Shown piece by piece: positions 41,194 through 55,072 of a DNA stretch of 64,000 nt. Positions within the stretch are counted from its first letter, which is position 1; the number at the start of each line of letters is the position of its first letter. The notes beneath the pieces are model-generated. The model was not told the DNA's origin, ran no database searches, and saw only the letters and a program-made list of their open reading frames with translations. Both the position numbers and the translations under genes were made by a program. Source of the stretch: the human T2T-CHM13v2.0 reference genome, Homo sapiens; the NCBI RefSeq assembly GCF_009914755.1, contig NC_060936.1; one strand, 5' to 3'.

Positions 41194-44100
41194 TTTGAGG
41201 ATTTTATGTAATCATATGCTTTGGTTCCTTTCTCTTCATCTTTTGTATATCTACTATAGGTTTGTGCTTTATGGTTACCGTGATGCTTACATATAACATT
41301 TTATATTTATAACAATCTGCTTTAAGGTGATAACAACTTAACTTTGATTTCATATAGAAACTCTACCCTTTTACTACCCCTGAAAAAAAATTATGTTTTT
41401 GATATCATTCTTTATGTATTTTTATATTGTATACTGATTAAAAATTATGGTAGCTATTATTTTATTAACCTTTATACTGGACATATGACTGATTTATCAC
41501 CATCACTGTATTAGAATATTCCAAATTTGCCTATATACTTACTGCTTCCAGTAAGTTTTACACTTTCATATATTTTTATGTTACTAATTACTAATCTTTT
41601 GTGTGAGCTTGAAGAACACCCTTTGGCATTTCTTGTAAGGCAGGTCTAGTGGTGATTCATTTCCTCAGCTTTTATTTTTCTAAGAAAATCTATTTCTCTC
41701 CTCCATTTCTGAAGGATGGCTTTCTGAAAATAAGTTATTTTGTTTGGTAGGTTTTTTTTCTCCATTCTTTCAATACTGTGTACATTATTTCCCAGTCCTT
41801 TCTGACCATGGAAATTTATTGCTAGGAAATCAGCTGATAGCCTTACAAAGGTTCCCTAGCAGAGGAACTTCTTTTTTTGTTGTTGTTGCTTTAAAAAGTA
41901 TTTGTCTTTGACATTTGTCTGTTTGATTAAATATAACTTGGTAAAGTATTTCGGATTGAATCTAATTAGAAACCTTTGAGCTTCTTGTACTTGGACATTA
42001 ATATTTTCCCCAGATTTGGGAAGTTTCAGCCATTTATTCTTGTTGCCTCCCCCCTTTATTACATTTATTATGAGACTAATGAAGGATTTTGTTTTATTTT
42101 AAATTGTGTATATCTAAGGTATACAACAATGTAAATAGTGAAATGGTTACTATAGTCATGAAAATTAGCAGACTCATTATCATACATAGCCTTTTAAAAT
42201 AAGCTTTCTGTCCCTTTCTCCCTCTGTTCTCCTGAAACATTGAGCATGTGAAAATTAGCTCTCTTTATGGTTTTCTATTAACTCCATAGGCATTCTTCCC
42301 TTCTTTTCATTCTTCTTTTTTTTCTCCACTGGTAGAATACTTTCAAATGAACCGTCTTTGAGTTTACAGATTCTTTCTTCTGTTGCATCCAGTTCACTGT
42401 TGATGGTCTCTTTTGCATTTTTTCATCTAACTTATTGTACTCTTCAGCTTCAGTATTTCTGCTTGGCTCTTTTTAAAATAATTTATATGTCTTTGTTGTT
42501 TAACTTCTTGTTTTGCTTATGTACTGTTTTTCTGACCTTCTTTTTACCTCTCTGTGCTCTCTTGCAGCTGTTAGTTTCCTTAAAATAATTATTTTACATT
42601 TTTGGTTAGCCAATTTGTAGATCTTCATTTCTTTGTGGTGGTTACCAGAAACTTAGTGTGTTCTTTCAGTGATGTTGTATTTTCTTTCTTTTTCTTCATG
42701 TTTCTTATTGCTTATGTTGATGTGTGAACATTTGATGGTGCATCACCTCTTTCAGACTTTGTGATCTAGTTTTAGTGAGAAAAGAATTTTACCTGTGAAT
42801 GGATGTGAGGGTGCTAGTTTGATGGGGTGCAGCAATTTCAGCTCCAATGAGAGTGTAGTAGCAGTCCCATGTACCTCTGCCAGCTGATTGGTAAAGATTG
42901 CAGGGATTTTCAGTGGCCAAGGATGTGGGTGTCCACAGTGGTGGCAAGGGCTGCTGCCGTCTCAGTGGCAAATACTGCTGGGGTACTCCTCCTAATCTTT
43001 CTATTCCATGAGGGAAGTTGTGGCCTTAGCTTTTGTGTTTACAGTGTTGGTGCTATTGTAGTGGCCATGGAGCTGGGGTCTTTCTAGAGTGCGAACATGT
43101 GCAGAGCAACAGTAGCTCTCAGATGCAAAGCACAAACCTGTCTGCTGGGGTGGTGGCTCCAGCATTTGATGTTCAAGTTTGTGTGATGTGGCTGCAGAAT
43201 TAGGGTCCAGAGGGCAGACATTTGTGGAGTGACAGTGGTTCTGGTGTCTGGAGCATGGGCTATTTCACTGTGTTTATGGCTCTGATGTTTGAGGCACAGG
43301 TGCTCATGGAGTGATGGTGGGACTTGGGATCAACAGCATGGGCATGCAGAGTGACCATAGCTTCAGGGCATAGGCCGAGGCTACCCTGCAGTGGTAGTGT
43401 CTCCTACGCATGAGGCATTGATGTGTGCTCTGCAGCTATGGAGCCAACACGTAGAGCACAGGCATTTATAGAGTGGCCAGAGTTCCAAAGCTCTGGGCAC
43501 ACACAGGGTTGAGGGGGTGGCCGTGGTCCTGGGCTAGCACAACAGTGGCTCTTTCTCGATGGGATCATCATCAGCTTCTCCCTCTCTGAGGGGAAGGTCA
43601 GTGCTAGTGATGTCTGTCCTCTGCAGAGCAGGCACTGAGGATCTCAGTGATACCCACTGTGTGGCTTACATTGATAGTCTCTTCCTTTGTTCTTTGTCCC
43701 TAGCCACCTCCAGACCTCTCAGGTAAGTCAGTGTCCTCAGTGACCATTTCTTCGTCATTATTCTCCATATTTTGCTCAATTAAATTGCTGCAGTTTCTTC
43801 ATTGGAGCCTTGAATCCTCTCAAGGCTATTTTTGTTCCTGACCAGCTGTCTAATTGCTGTTTTTTGTGAAGGCATTAAGACTGGTGTCTTACTCTGACAT
43901 CTTGCTGACATCACTGATGGATTTCTGTTAATAAGATCTCAGTATCTGTGTCTTCATTCATGATGTGTGCATAGCCTATCTCGTCCTGTGGAAATTTTCT
44001 TTAATGGCCTGCTTCTCCATGAATATTTTCCTAAATCCTCATTGGAATAAGTTATCTTTTATCTTAGAACATATCATAGAATATTTATATCTTTGTTGTA

Positions 44101-44509
44101 GAATATTGTATTCTCACTTGTTTTCTTGTTGTGAGCATGCCTGTAAATTGTAGTGTGAGCCACGGACTATGGTTTATTCAACATCTCTACATCCATAAAT
44201 ATACTAGTTCATTGTGCGCAGTAAATATTTCCTAATAGTTGTGTTGAAATCGGAGCCAATTATACAAATGTTTTAAGGTTGTCATAGGCTTAAATAAAGA
44301 TAACCAGCATTTCTGTGAAAGAGGTCATTGCAGTTAGGTGGACTTTCTTATAAATATATGAATGTATTTTCTCTCATTGGTCTATCTTTGTAGAATAGGA
44401 GAAAATATGGTAGATAATTGTAGGTGAGGGTAGTTACCAATATAATCTGCATATATTCTCACTTCTTATTGTCATTTGAAGTAAAGTTATTATAAGGCCC
44501 AATACACCC

Positions 44510-44931
<422 letters not shown>

Positions 44932-46239
44932 TTATGGCTGTTTATGCCCTTATATATCACACTGTTAATACTACTATAAAGCCCTTATCATAACCTTCAG
45001 TTTATTTCCTCTGAGCTACTTGATATAAAGACTGCCTTCTTTATCTCCTAGCTTTTAATACTGGGAGATAATACAATTCATACTGCATTCTGCATACTCA
45101 AACATATTTGTAGAATGAATACATTGTCTCCTTTGGATTTTAAGTCTGCCGCCTGGAACTATAGAACACTTTCTATTTCTTAATAAATTTTGTCATTACA
45201 TATGGCTTTAAAAATCTGTAAATGTATTTTAAGCAAAATATAGTATTGTCTCTATCAGCTTAATTTTAACTTTTGAAGACATGATTAAAAGTATAAATAA
45301 AAGTTTAGTTATAAGAGTTTGCAAGGCTAATATGTAATGATTTGGTCTGACAGCTGTTGAGTTAAAATTCTCATCTTTATTCTAATAAATGTTTCTCAGA
45401 CACATTCAAAGAGAAATTTGCTGCTGGTGCTTCATGAACCTTTATAAGTAAAATAAACATCAGTTATGTAGACAAAAAACAGAAGAAAAAAACTGTTACT
45501 ACTTCACTAAGTTTTCTTCTACCAAAGGACAGATTGTCATTAATAATTCATGTTATTATAATAATAAAGTTTATGGTAATAACTAACACTAACTTTGCTC
45601 ACACTTATTTCCATTTCCCAGTAGATTAATCTACTCCTGATTTTTAGAGGAAAAAAGTAGTGGTACATTTTTTGCCAATGCAAAAATCAGGAGTAGAATA
45701 GTAATGTCTTGTATTTGTAGAGCCCTATTCAGTTTATAAAATATTTTTTAAATTCCTGATGATATAAAGAATATATATTTTTTCAAAATTTTAGCTTTTT
45801 AAGCTGAAATGACCTGAGTCTAAAGCGGCTTGCATATAAAATCCATTCATCAGGTGGGGAAGTAGACTGACTTATTTCCAGGGCATCTCCCCTGATAGTC
45901 TAGAGCTTGATCCTAATAACAATTTCAGGTAGAAGAAGTATTTTGAAAAACATATTTTTCTACTAGATTATAAAAACCCTAGATACCAAAATATGAGTGT
46001 CTCAGAAATGCTTACATTTCTGATTATAATATTTATGTAGATTGTCCACTGATGGCTTTTGTCAATCAACCAGAGTAGTGGTTTCCAAATTATTACTGTG
46101 GAGTCCAAAACTTTGTGCAAAGCACAAGGAGTAGAGAGGAACTACAGGAGAAGGGTTCAGGACCACACACTAATTAATAGAAATTTTAGTTTATTTATTA
46201 ATTATATTGGAGTGCTTGAAAAAGTATGTACTTGAAAAC

Positions 46240-46390
46240 AGAGGAAGGGTAGGAGGGACAGGGTAGGAGAAAAACAGAGAAAGAGAAAAAGAGGAAGAGG
46301 AGGAAGTAAGAGAAGGGAAGAAGAAAAGGGATAAAGAGGAGAAAGAGAAAGGAGAGAAGAAGGAAAGTAAGGAGGAGAGGGAGGAAAAAA
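46240..46390 (+). repeat. GA-rich low-complexity tract
   Basis: Purine-rich imperfect repeats. Confidence 0.8.
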
Positions 46391-46539
46391 AATGCCCTGA
46401 TCTAAGGAATTAAATGCATGAGGAAGAACAGAAAATCTCACAGGAGTACCTGAAAAACATCAACTGAAAAATTAATACCAATTCACACATAGTTCAAGTA
46501 AACATGTAAATAGGAAGATAAAAACAAAAGTTCCAAGTA

Positions 46540-46600
46540 ATATATATGTGTGTGTATATATGTGTGTGTGTATACATGTGTGTGTGCGTGTGTGTGTGTA
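46540..46600 (+). repeat. Compound (TA)/(TG) microsatellite
   Basis: tatatatgtgtgtgtatatatgtgtgtg... Confidence 0.85.
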
Positions 46601-47089
46601 TTTATTTATACTTCCCTTTTTACTGACATATGAAATGATAGCAGGGAACAAATTTTTATCTAGCAATTGTTTCCAAGCAAAACATACTAAGGAAAGAGAC
46701 TAAATTGAGAATGCTAAGGGTTGACTTAACTGTCATTTCTGACTGATTAATAAATGTCAGAAATAAAAGGGATATGCATTGTATTATTTTTTCTATTTAT
46801 TAAAATCTATGCTATGAGGATATATCAGAAATTTAATTTCTTGATTTCAAGCAAGGAAATAAAATATCATGACCTTTACGTTGCCCTTTCATTTTTGAGT
46901 GACAAGACATTTCCTTTGGTTACTTCATCAGAGATTTATATTCCTTATGTTTATTGTACAGAGATTCAAGCACATTCAACCTGCACTTGAGAGTTTAAGT
47001 CAGAAAGATGAAACAAGAAAGAAGAGTGAACTATATTGTTGCCACATACAGAGATACACAGACCAATGAAAAACTTGTTTGTATGACCC

Positions 47090-47467
47090 TGATATGGTTT
47101 GGCTGTGTCCTCACCCAAATTTCATCTTGAATTTTAGTTCCCATAATCCCCAGGTGTTGTGGGAAGGCCCAGGTCGGAGGTAATTGAGTCATGGGAGTGG
47201 TTACACCCATACTGTTATCATGATAGTGAGTGAGTTCTCATGAGACCTGATGGTTTTATAAGGGGCTTTGCCCCCTTTGCTCAGCACTTCTCCTTCCTGA
47301 CGCCCTGTGAAAAAGGTACGTTTCTTCCCCTGTGTCTTCTGCCATGATTGTAAGTTTCCTGAGGCCTTCCCAGCCCTGTGGAACTGTGAGTCAATTAAAC
47401 CTGTTTTCTTCATGAATTACCCAGTCTCAGGTATTTCTTCATAGCAGCATGAGAACGAAGTAATACT
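47090..47467 (+). mobile_element. THE1D solo LTR
   Basis: TGATATGGTTTGGCTGTGTCC...GTAAGTTTCCTGAGGCC...TAATACT; TSD GACCC/GACTC. Confidence 0.93.
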
Positions 47468-47569
47468 GACTCTTCAAAGGGGATCTGAGCAAGAATTTTT
47501 TGAAATGCCTACCAAGAATATAGCACTGTAGCAACGTGTTCTGGAGTAGGATTGTGTTTTTAAAATCTA

Positions 47570-47730
47570 ATCCTATATATTTCTAATTTAATAATTTAAT
47601 GCTTCAGTTTCAACATTTGTACAATGAGGATTTTGAACTATTTTCCTCATATATTTGCTGTTGCCTGAATGACAGAGTCCATGTCAAAAGCTTAAAATAA
47701 TATCTGAATACATATCAAATACTCAGGAAA
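47570..47730 (+). mobile_element. MIR fragment
   Basis: gcttcagtttcaacatttgtacaatgagga core. Confidence 0.5.
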
Positions 47731-48019
47731 GGCTAACTGATATCATTATAATGGGATGCATAAGTAAAGACATGAACATTTAAAATAATAGTACTGATTA
47801 TTCTCAATCAATTTGTACTGAGCACTTGTGGGATGCTTCAACCCAAATATGGGATAAAAGAAAATGGCATCATGTAAAACTTTTATATGAATTAGAATCC
47901 CAGATGTTTGTTACCTTGGACAAATTAAAATCAATTTTTTTTCTTTGTAAAATGGGGAAAAATAAGGTTTTAGTGATGCTTGAATAAGAAGTTCATGTGA
48001 GGATTTTATCATAGGATAT

Positions 48020-49965
48020 TAATAAAGAAATATTGAAGTCTCCAACTATAATAGATGTACCTATTTTTTCACTCCCGTTCTATTAGAGTTTGCCTCTCCT
48101 ATTTTTACTCTTTGTTGTTAGGTGCATACTTATTTAGGGTTGTAATGTCTTGTAAGAGACTGACTCCATTCTCATTACATATGGACCTTGAATAATTATC
48201 CTTCTCCTGAACCTTATCACAGATTTTCAGCTTTCTTTTGATTAGTGTTAACATGTTATATCTCTCTGTATTCTTATACTTTTAACATGCCTGAGACTTT
48301 GTTTTTATAGTGACTTTGCAGAAAACATAGAATTGCTTCATTTTTAATCCATTCTGATAATATTGCTTTCAATTTGTGCATTTATACCATTTACATTTAA
48401 AATGACTATTGACATAGGTGGGTTTATATCTATTATGGCTGCATATGTTTGCTCTTCAGTGAACTTGTTTTTGTTCCTTTTATCCTCCTCTTTACCTGCC
48501 TTCTCTAATTTTAATTGAGCATTTTATATGATTCCACTTTCTCTCCTCTCAGCATATGAGTTTTGCTTCTTATTTTGTATGTTTCCATAGATTTTTCATT
48601 CTACATTATAATTAATCTTGGTTCACTCTCAAATAAATCTATATCACTTTACATGTAGTGTAATTATCTTATAACAATGTATTCCAAATTCTTCCCTTTC
48701 ATACCACGTTATTGCTGTCATTCACTTCACATATCCATACACTATAATCATCAAATACATCGTTGTGATTATTACTTGATACAGTTTTCTTTTAGACTAA
48801 CAATAAGTGAATAACATATTTTATTTTACCTTTATTTTTACTCTCTGACATCCTTTCTTTAAATAGATTCAAGTTTCTGACATATCATTTACCTCCTCTC
48901 TGAAAATCTTCTCTTTTCACAGAACATGTGTTCTGGCAATGAATTCCATTTTTGCTTGCTTAAGTCTTTATTTAACCTTTATTGTGGAAGAATAATTTTG
49001 CTGAATATATAAATTTAGGTTGATATTTTATTTTTTTTAAATTCAAAACTCTAAATATTTTGTTGCATTCTCTTCCTACTTGGAATTTCTGCTTAGAAGT
49101 CTACTGTAATTATCGTTCCTTTTCCTCTGCAGGTATACTGTTTATTTGCTTGCTTCTGAATCTTTTCAAGATTTTTTCCTTGCCTTTGATTTTCTGCAGT
49201 TGAATATAATATGATTAGGTGTAGCTTTCAGGATATCTGTCCTGCTTGATATTCTTTGAATTCCCTGAATCTACAGTTTGGAGTCTGTTACTAATTTTGG
49301 AAAATTCTGTTATTTTTACTTCAGGTATTTTTTCTGGTCTGGTCTATCACTCTTCTCCATCTTATATTCCAATTATACATATGCTACAATTTATGTAACT
49401 GTCCCACAATTATGGGATGCTTTGTTCTGTTTATTATTACTGTTATTATTATTTTCTTTTTGCATTTCAATTTGTGACATTTCTATGGAACATGCTCACG
49501 TGTTTTTATGCTTGTCCAGTCTACTGATGTGACCACAAAAGGAATTCTTCCTTTCTCTTTATGTGTTTTGATTTCTAGAATTTTCCTTAAATTTTTTTCT
49601 TAGAATTTTCATTTCTGTTACTGATCTGTTTTTGAATATTGTTCTACTTTTTCTGTTAGAGCATTTAGCATATCAATCCTAGTTATTTTAAATTCCTATC
49701 TGATAATCTCACCATCTGCATCATATATGAATCTGGTTCTGATGCTTGTTTGTCTATTTAGATTTTTTTTTTTTTTTTTTTTTTTTTTTGCTTTTCATCA
49801 TGCCTTTGGATTAAGGAATAGAAACTAAGGTAAATAGGATTTTAACATGACTTTTTTTGTTAATCTGGCTAATAACTGGACAGTGGATGTTTGCTGTAGC
49901 TTTAGGTACCAGAGCCTTTACATTCTTCTTGTGTACTTATTTTTATCTCTCCTGTTTGCTTTGGA
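48020..49965 (-). mobile_element. Old L1M (MC/MD-like) ORF2 endonuclease/ORF1 region
   Basis: attgaagtctccaactataat...ttgttaggtgcatac...ttgattagtgttaacatg; ORF1-region remnants. Confidence 0.7.
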
Positions 49966-49969
49966 TTCA

Positions 49970-52080
49970 GTGTATACATTTAAATAACATCATTTAGGAG
50001 GTCAAGAGACCTCAGAATGGAATAAAACTGTGACACAATAATCTCATTGTATTACAAATATGTGAAAGAACTTCATTGAAGGAGGTATCTGGCAAGTTGC
50101 TGGCCTAAGTAACCTTGGAAATGAGTGGCATCTATAAGAGTAAAACCAAAAGTATTTATGAATTGTAGTCAGTTAACAAAGATGCTTCTTGTGGCATTTT
50201 GAGTTAACAACACTTGTACTGCTACATATGTGAATAGTTAAGTAAATGGATTTTGCATGGAGGGATCTACACTGCTCTTGTTAAAATAAGTGGTTATACA
50301 TAAGCAGGTGGAGGAGGCTAGACTGATCTGCATAGTAGTGGATAGAGCTAGAGACATAGTGTGAGCTCATGTTTAGCATAATATAGCTACTGATGGTTAC
50401 ATATAGAAATATTTATAAATATGTATATAAACATAGTTTTGTATAAACACATATATTTCCTTGCTCTGTCAGTTAAGAGGTCTAAAAGCAGTGACATCAT
50501 AGTAGTAGTAAGCACATTCGCACCCAGCTATTGGTCTCTAATACCATTCCCCAGTTAAAGGAAACTACGAGCCTTTAAGAACTGGCTGATTCTAGCAATG
50601 GGGCAGGAAGTATACAATATAAACTTAAAGCATCTTAAAATGCTAGAAAGTAAAAAAAAATACCTACACATGCACACACAAAAACACAAACACATTGATT
50701 GTGGTATGTAAAAGGAACACAGCAGCCTTCTGTAAGAAATTCTGAGCTTTTGATGGCCAAAGCTGGAACTGTTTGAGTACCACCATGAGTAAAATCTTAT
50801 CAAATAATAACTCAAAATATAAAATAAGCACAAGTACATATTGACATCAGTATATTTATATTTATACTGATGTAAATAGCTGAATGAATAAATAAATGGG
50901 GAAATAGAAAAATATCTGGTACAGAGAATTCCAAATAATTTTTGTATGTCAACCTCAGGGAGGAGGAGAAAAAATTCCCACTTCTTAATTACGGGTGACA
51001 TGCAGAGATTTCTTGCCAAGAAATGCATTATGGAAATGGAGGGAGTGTAACTTTATACTGGAGAAACTGGACAAAGATTGTCTGAGCCAGGTGATCAAGT
51101 TCAACTTTAATAGTAATAAGTCATGTTTATGACATGTACCCTTGATATGACGTGATTTAAAAAGTACTTTACCTCTGTGGTCTTTCTACCCAAACTCATA
51201 ACACACAACTAATTATGATAAAAATATCAGGCAAATTGCAATATGGGAACATCTTATATAATACATGACAAGTATTCTTAAAACTATTAAGGTCATCAAA
51301 ATCAAGGAAACTTTGAGAAATTGTCTCAGCTAAGAGAAGCCAAAAGCAACATGATAACTATATATAATGTGATGTCCTGGATAGAATCCTAGAACTGATA
51401 TAATACGTGGGGTTAAACTCAGGGAATCTGAATAAATAACTTCAGTTAATAATAATGTATTAATTGTAAGGGATAATTGGAAGGACAGCCAAGAAAGGAA
51501 TGAGGCCAGTAGACCCAAGTTCAGGCAAGCTGATTTATTGTCAGTCCCGTCAGGCTACCTCCTGACAAACGCAGAGGAGGCAGCCCCGCTTACAGACTAC
51601 TGCAGGGCTTTATAGGGCAAGGAATGAGGTCAGGGTGGGGAAGCTGAGTTGGGTGTGCAGGAGGGCTGAGTCAGGGTAGGGGAGCTAAGTCGGGGGTACA
51701 GATGTCTTGACCGCATCTTGGAGATGTTTTTTGTTAGCTTTGTTATGCGAGGTGAACGGACATGTTAACTGCATCCTGTAACTGCCTGGACAAACAGTTA
51801 CTGGAGGGGTCAGTGAAGTGGGGTTTGTCTTTAGCCCTGGGGGAGCTGTGCGGAGGTCACAAAGGACTGCATTGTAAGACCTATGGGAAGGGAGGGGGAA
51901 ACAGTCTGGTTGGGGTGACCCTAACATTAATATTGGTTCATTAATTCTGATAAATGTACTATACTAATGTAAGATGTTAACAGTAGAGGAAATAGGGTAT
52001 GAAATATATGGGAACTCTGTATACTATTCTCTTAATTTTTCTATTAATTTAAAACTTACCTAAAACAAAAACTTATTTAA
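49970..52080 (+). mobile_element. L1MD-type 3' UTR interrupted by LTR32
   Basis: ctgtgacacaataatctcattgtattacaaatatg; ggctgattctagcaatggggcaggaagtatac; terminal ggaactctgtatactatt. Confidence 0.75.
51465..51926 (-). mobile_element. LTR32-type (ERVL) solo LTR
   Basis: Reverse complement starts TGTTAGGGTCACCCCAACCAGAC and ends CCCTTACA; perfect 5-bp TSD TTAAT. Confidence 0.8.
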
Positions 52081-52084
52081 AAAT

Positions 52085-52960
52085 ATATTGTACCACTTCC
52101 TTCTGGCCTTCATGATTTCAGGAGAATTCTGCTTTCATTCAAATTGGTGATATTCTGTACATGATGAGTTGTTTTTGTCTGACTGTAAGGATTTTTTTGT
52201 TATTAATTTTCAGAAGTATAATTAGAAATCTTGCCATAAATTTCTTTGGATTTATCCTATTTTAAGTTCACTTTTCTTCATGAATTGTTAGTTCATGTTT
52301 TTATTTTGGTTCTTTTTTGTTTTGCTAAATTTAAAAAGTTTTTAGCTGTTATTTCTTCTGAGAAAAAATATATTTGGCCACATATGAAAATATTTATGAA
52401 CTTTCTATTCTGTTCTATTAGCCTGTATGTTTGTCTTTATGCCAGTACAATGCTGTTAGGTTACTGTAGCTTTGTAGTATATTTAAAATCAAGAAGTGTG
52501 TGTCCCTAATTTTGTTATTCTTTTTCAGGATTTTGTTATCTATTTGGGATCCCCAGAGATTCCATATGAATGGGTGAGTTTTTCCAATTCTACAATAAAA
52601 CATCATTGAGATTTTGATAGAGATTGCCTTACATCTGTAGATAACTTTGGGCAGTCTTAACATCTTAACAATAATAAATCTTCCAATCCATGATGATGTT
52701 ATGTCTTTTAATTTATATATTTTCATTTTTTAAATTTCTTTCAGAAATATTTTGCAGATTTTATTGTCCAAGTTCTTCACCTCCTTGGTTAATTACCAAG
52801 TGTTGTATTCTTTTTAATGCTGTAATAAACAAAATCATTTTCTTAATTTTCTTTTCATATTTTTATTGTTAATGTATAGAAATACAACTAACATTTTTTG
52901 TGTTGACTTTGTGTCCTGCTACTTTGCTGAATTTGTTTATTACTTCCAACAGCATGTTTT
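52085..52960 (-). mobile_element. L1M fragments including ORF2
   Basis: ORF 52418-52726 resembles L1 ORF2 ([20 protein letters not shown]...LYWHKD). Confidence 0.8.
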
Positions 52961-53496
52961 TTGGTTGCCACAGCTTTTTTTACTGATATATAAGAAAATT
53001 TTTAAAGAAGAGTAATTTTTTAGAGTTTCGCTTTTTTCAGGGAAGTATTTTCAAAATAAAAACCAAAACTGAAATGGTGACATTTGTTCAGATTCTGTCT
53101 TTTGAAGTTTTTGCTAAAAATTACAATAACTCAAAATGTATTACTTAAAAGACATTAAGAAATGGAAGGGATTAACCAGAAATATTTTCTAGATATGAAA
53201 AAGCCTTACATGCTGAGGTTAGTATTTCCAAACCTGCCTGACACAATTGAAGTCTGAGAAGAAGCCAGACTTCCTCTGTCTGCTTCTCTCTTGCTTTTTG
53301 TGGATTATAACATCTCTTCCAGACTTGGCCACACCTCTGCATCCTTGAATAGTTGTGAGTTACCATCTCCTAGTTTCATGCTAATATTCATTCACCTGTG
53401 GCCCAGGTGACCACTAGAATTGGTGAATAAACTGTAGCATCATTGTAGCTGGTTAGGCTATCATGGTACCCTCTTCCTATTACTTTCTGCCTTACT

Positions 53497-53909
53497 CAGG
53501 GTATGCTGGAACAAGTTCATACTGACTAGCAAGAGCCAATCATAATTTTTAAAAAATTGTATGAGTTGGTTGTGAAATAGATGTTATTAGAAAATAAATT
53601 ACATGAACTTTCAATTAAATAAGTGATGTTAAAATAACTGGTAATGAAAATATAAACATCATAATTTCCTAATTATTTTGCCACATTTTACTATTATCTA
53701 TGTTCTTAAGGTCATTTTTATCTCTTGTACCTATATTCTGGAAATACTGTAAATGGTATACTGCTGCACATCTGTTTCCAAGGTCACGTCACATTGGTAC
53801 CTTTGAATGGGGTATGATGGAAGTAGTTAGATTATACAGATTGACAAAGGCTATAAATCCAAGATTTTACTATAGAGCCAGCTACTAAATATTTACCAGT
53901 ACACCACTG
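53497..53909 (+). mobile_element. MER63B-type hAT-Blackjack DNA transposon
   Basis: TIRs CAGGGTATGCTGG ... CCAGTACACCACTG; internal ttcctaattattttgccacattttactattatctatg. Confidence 0.8.
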
Positions 53910-54259
53910 CCCTAATCCTTTTATATCTTCCTATCTTTGACTAAACCTCAATATTTCCTATTTCATAGAAATTGCATCATTGCATATTAAGATGAGTACT
54001 ACTATAACCTGGAAATTTGATTATGAAAGTCACTCTCCTCATTATCTTGAACAATGTATTGCAACCAACTGCTCCAAATTTTAGAGTACCAGTACTAATT
54101 TCTAATATGTGAAATGTCCATTGTTAATAAGTGAATAGAATAGATGCTATTCAGTGAGAGCTGTAAATTCAAGAGAGATAAATTTGTATTTCAAAATCAG
54201 AGGACTAGGAAATAAGGAAATATAAACATTGCCTTTTAAAATTGTTAACACTACTTTAT

Positions 54260-54405
54260 GTCTTTAGTATTAGTCATCTTTTTAAAGAGACAAGAATAGA
54301 AGTTTAGAGAAGGGTAGCAATTAAACCGGGGTGCCTCAGTAAGTACATTGCAGAGCTGGGATTCCCAGTCTTCTGAATTCTAGGCTGAGGTTCTTTCTAC
54401 CATAA
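54260..54405 (-). mobile_element. MIR fragment
   Basis: gcagagctgggattcccagtcttctgaattctaggctgaggttctttctacca. Confidence 0.5.
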
Positions 54406-54760
54406 TAATTTGTTTCTCAAATTCACTTTCTATTTGGCATATTTTCCCATCATCTACCATGGTTTCTCTTGAATCATGTTAAAAAGAAGCACTTATTTCC
54501 TGGATGCCAAATATTTCTACAGAAAGATATAAGGCAATATTTCTTCTATCTCTCAAATGTTAAAAAGTTATATGCATTATTAATCAAATTAATCCATTTG
54601 TTAAAAATGTTTAATACCTTTGTTTCTATTAAACTTTCTTTTCTTAAAAATCAGTAATATTTATCTGAAATACTGAAACCACATTGAAGGACACAAGTAG
54701 GTAATTAAATAAAGTATCATTATAAGTCCTTGTAAATCATAGAGAGGATATTCCTGTTAA

Positions 54761-55072
<312 letters not shown>

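Noticed and set aside
50555-51028. 157-aa ORF
   Set aside because: Antisense to the L1MD 3' UTR; no recognisable domain
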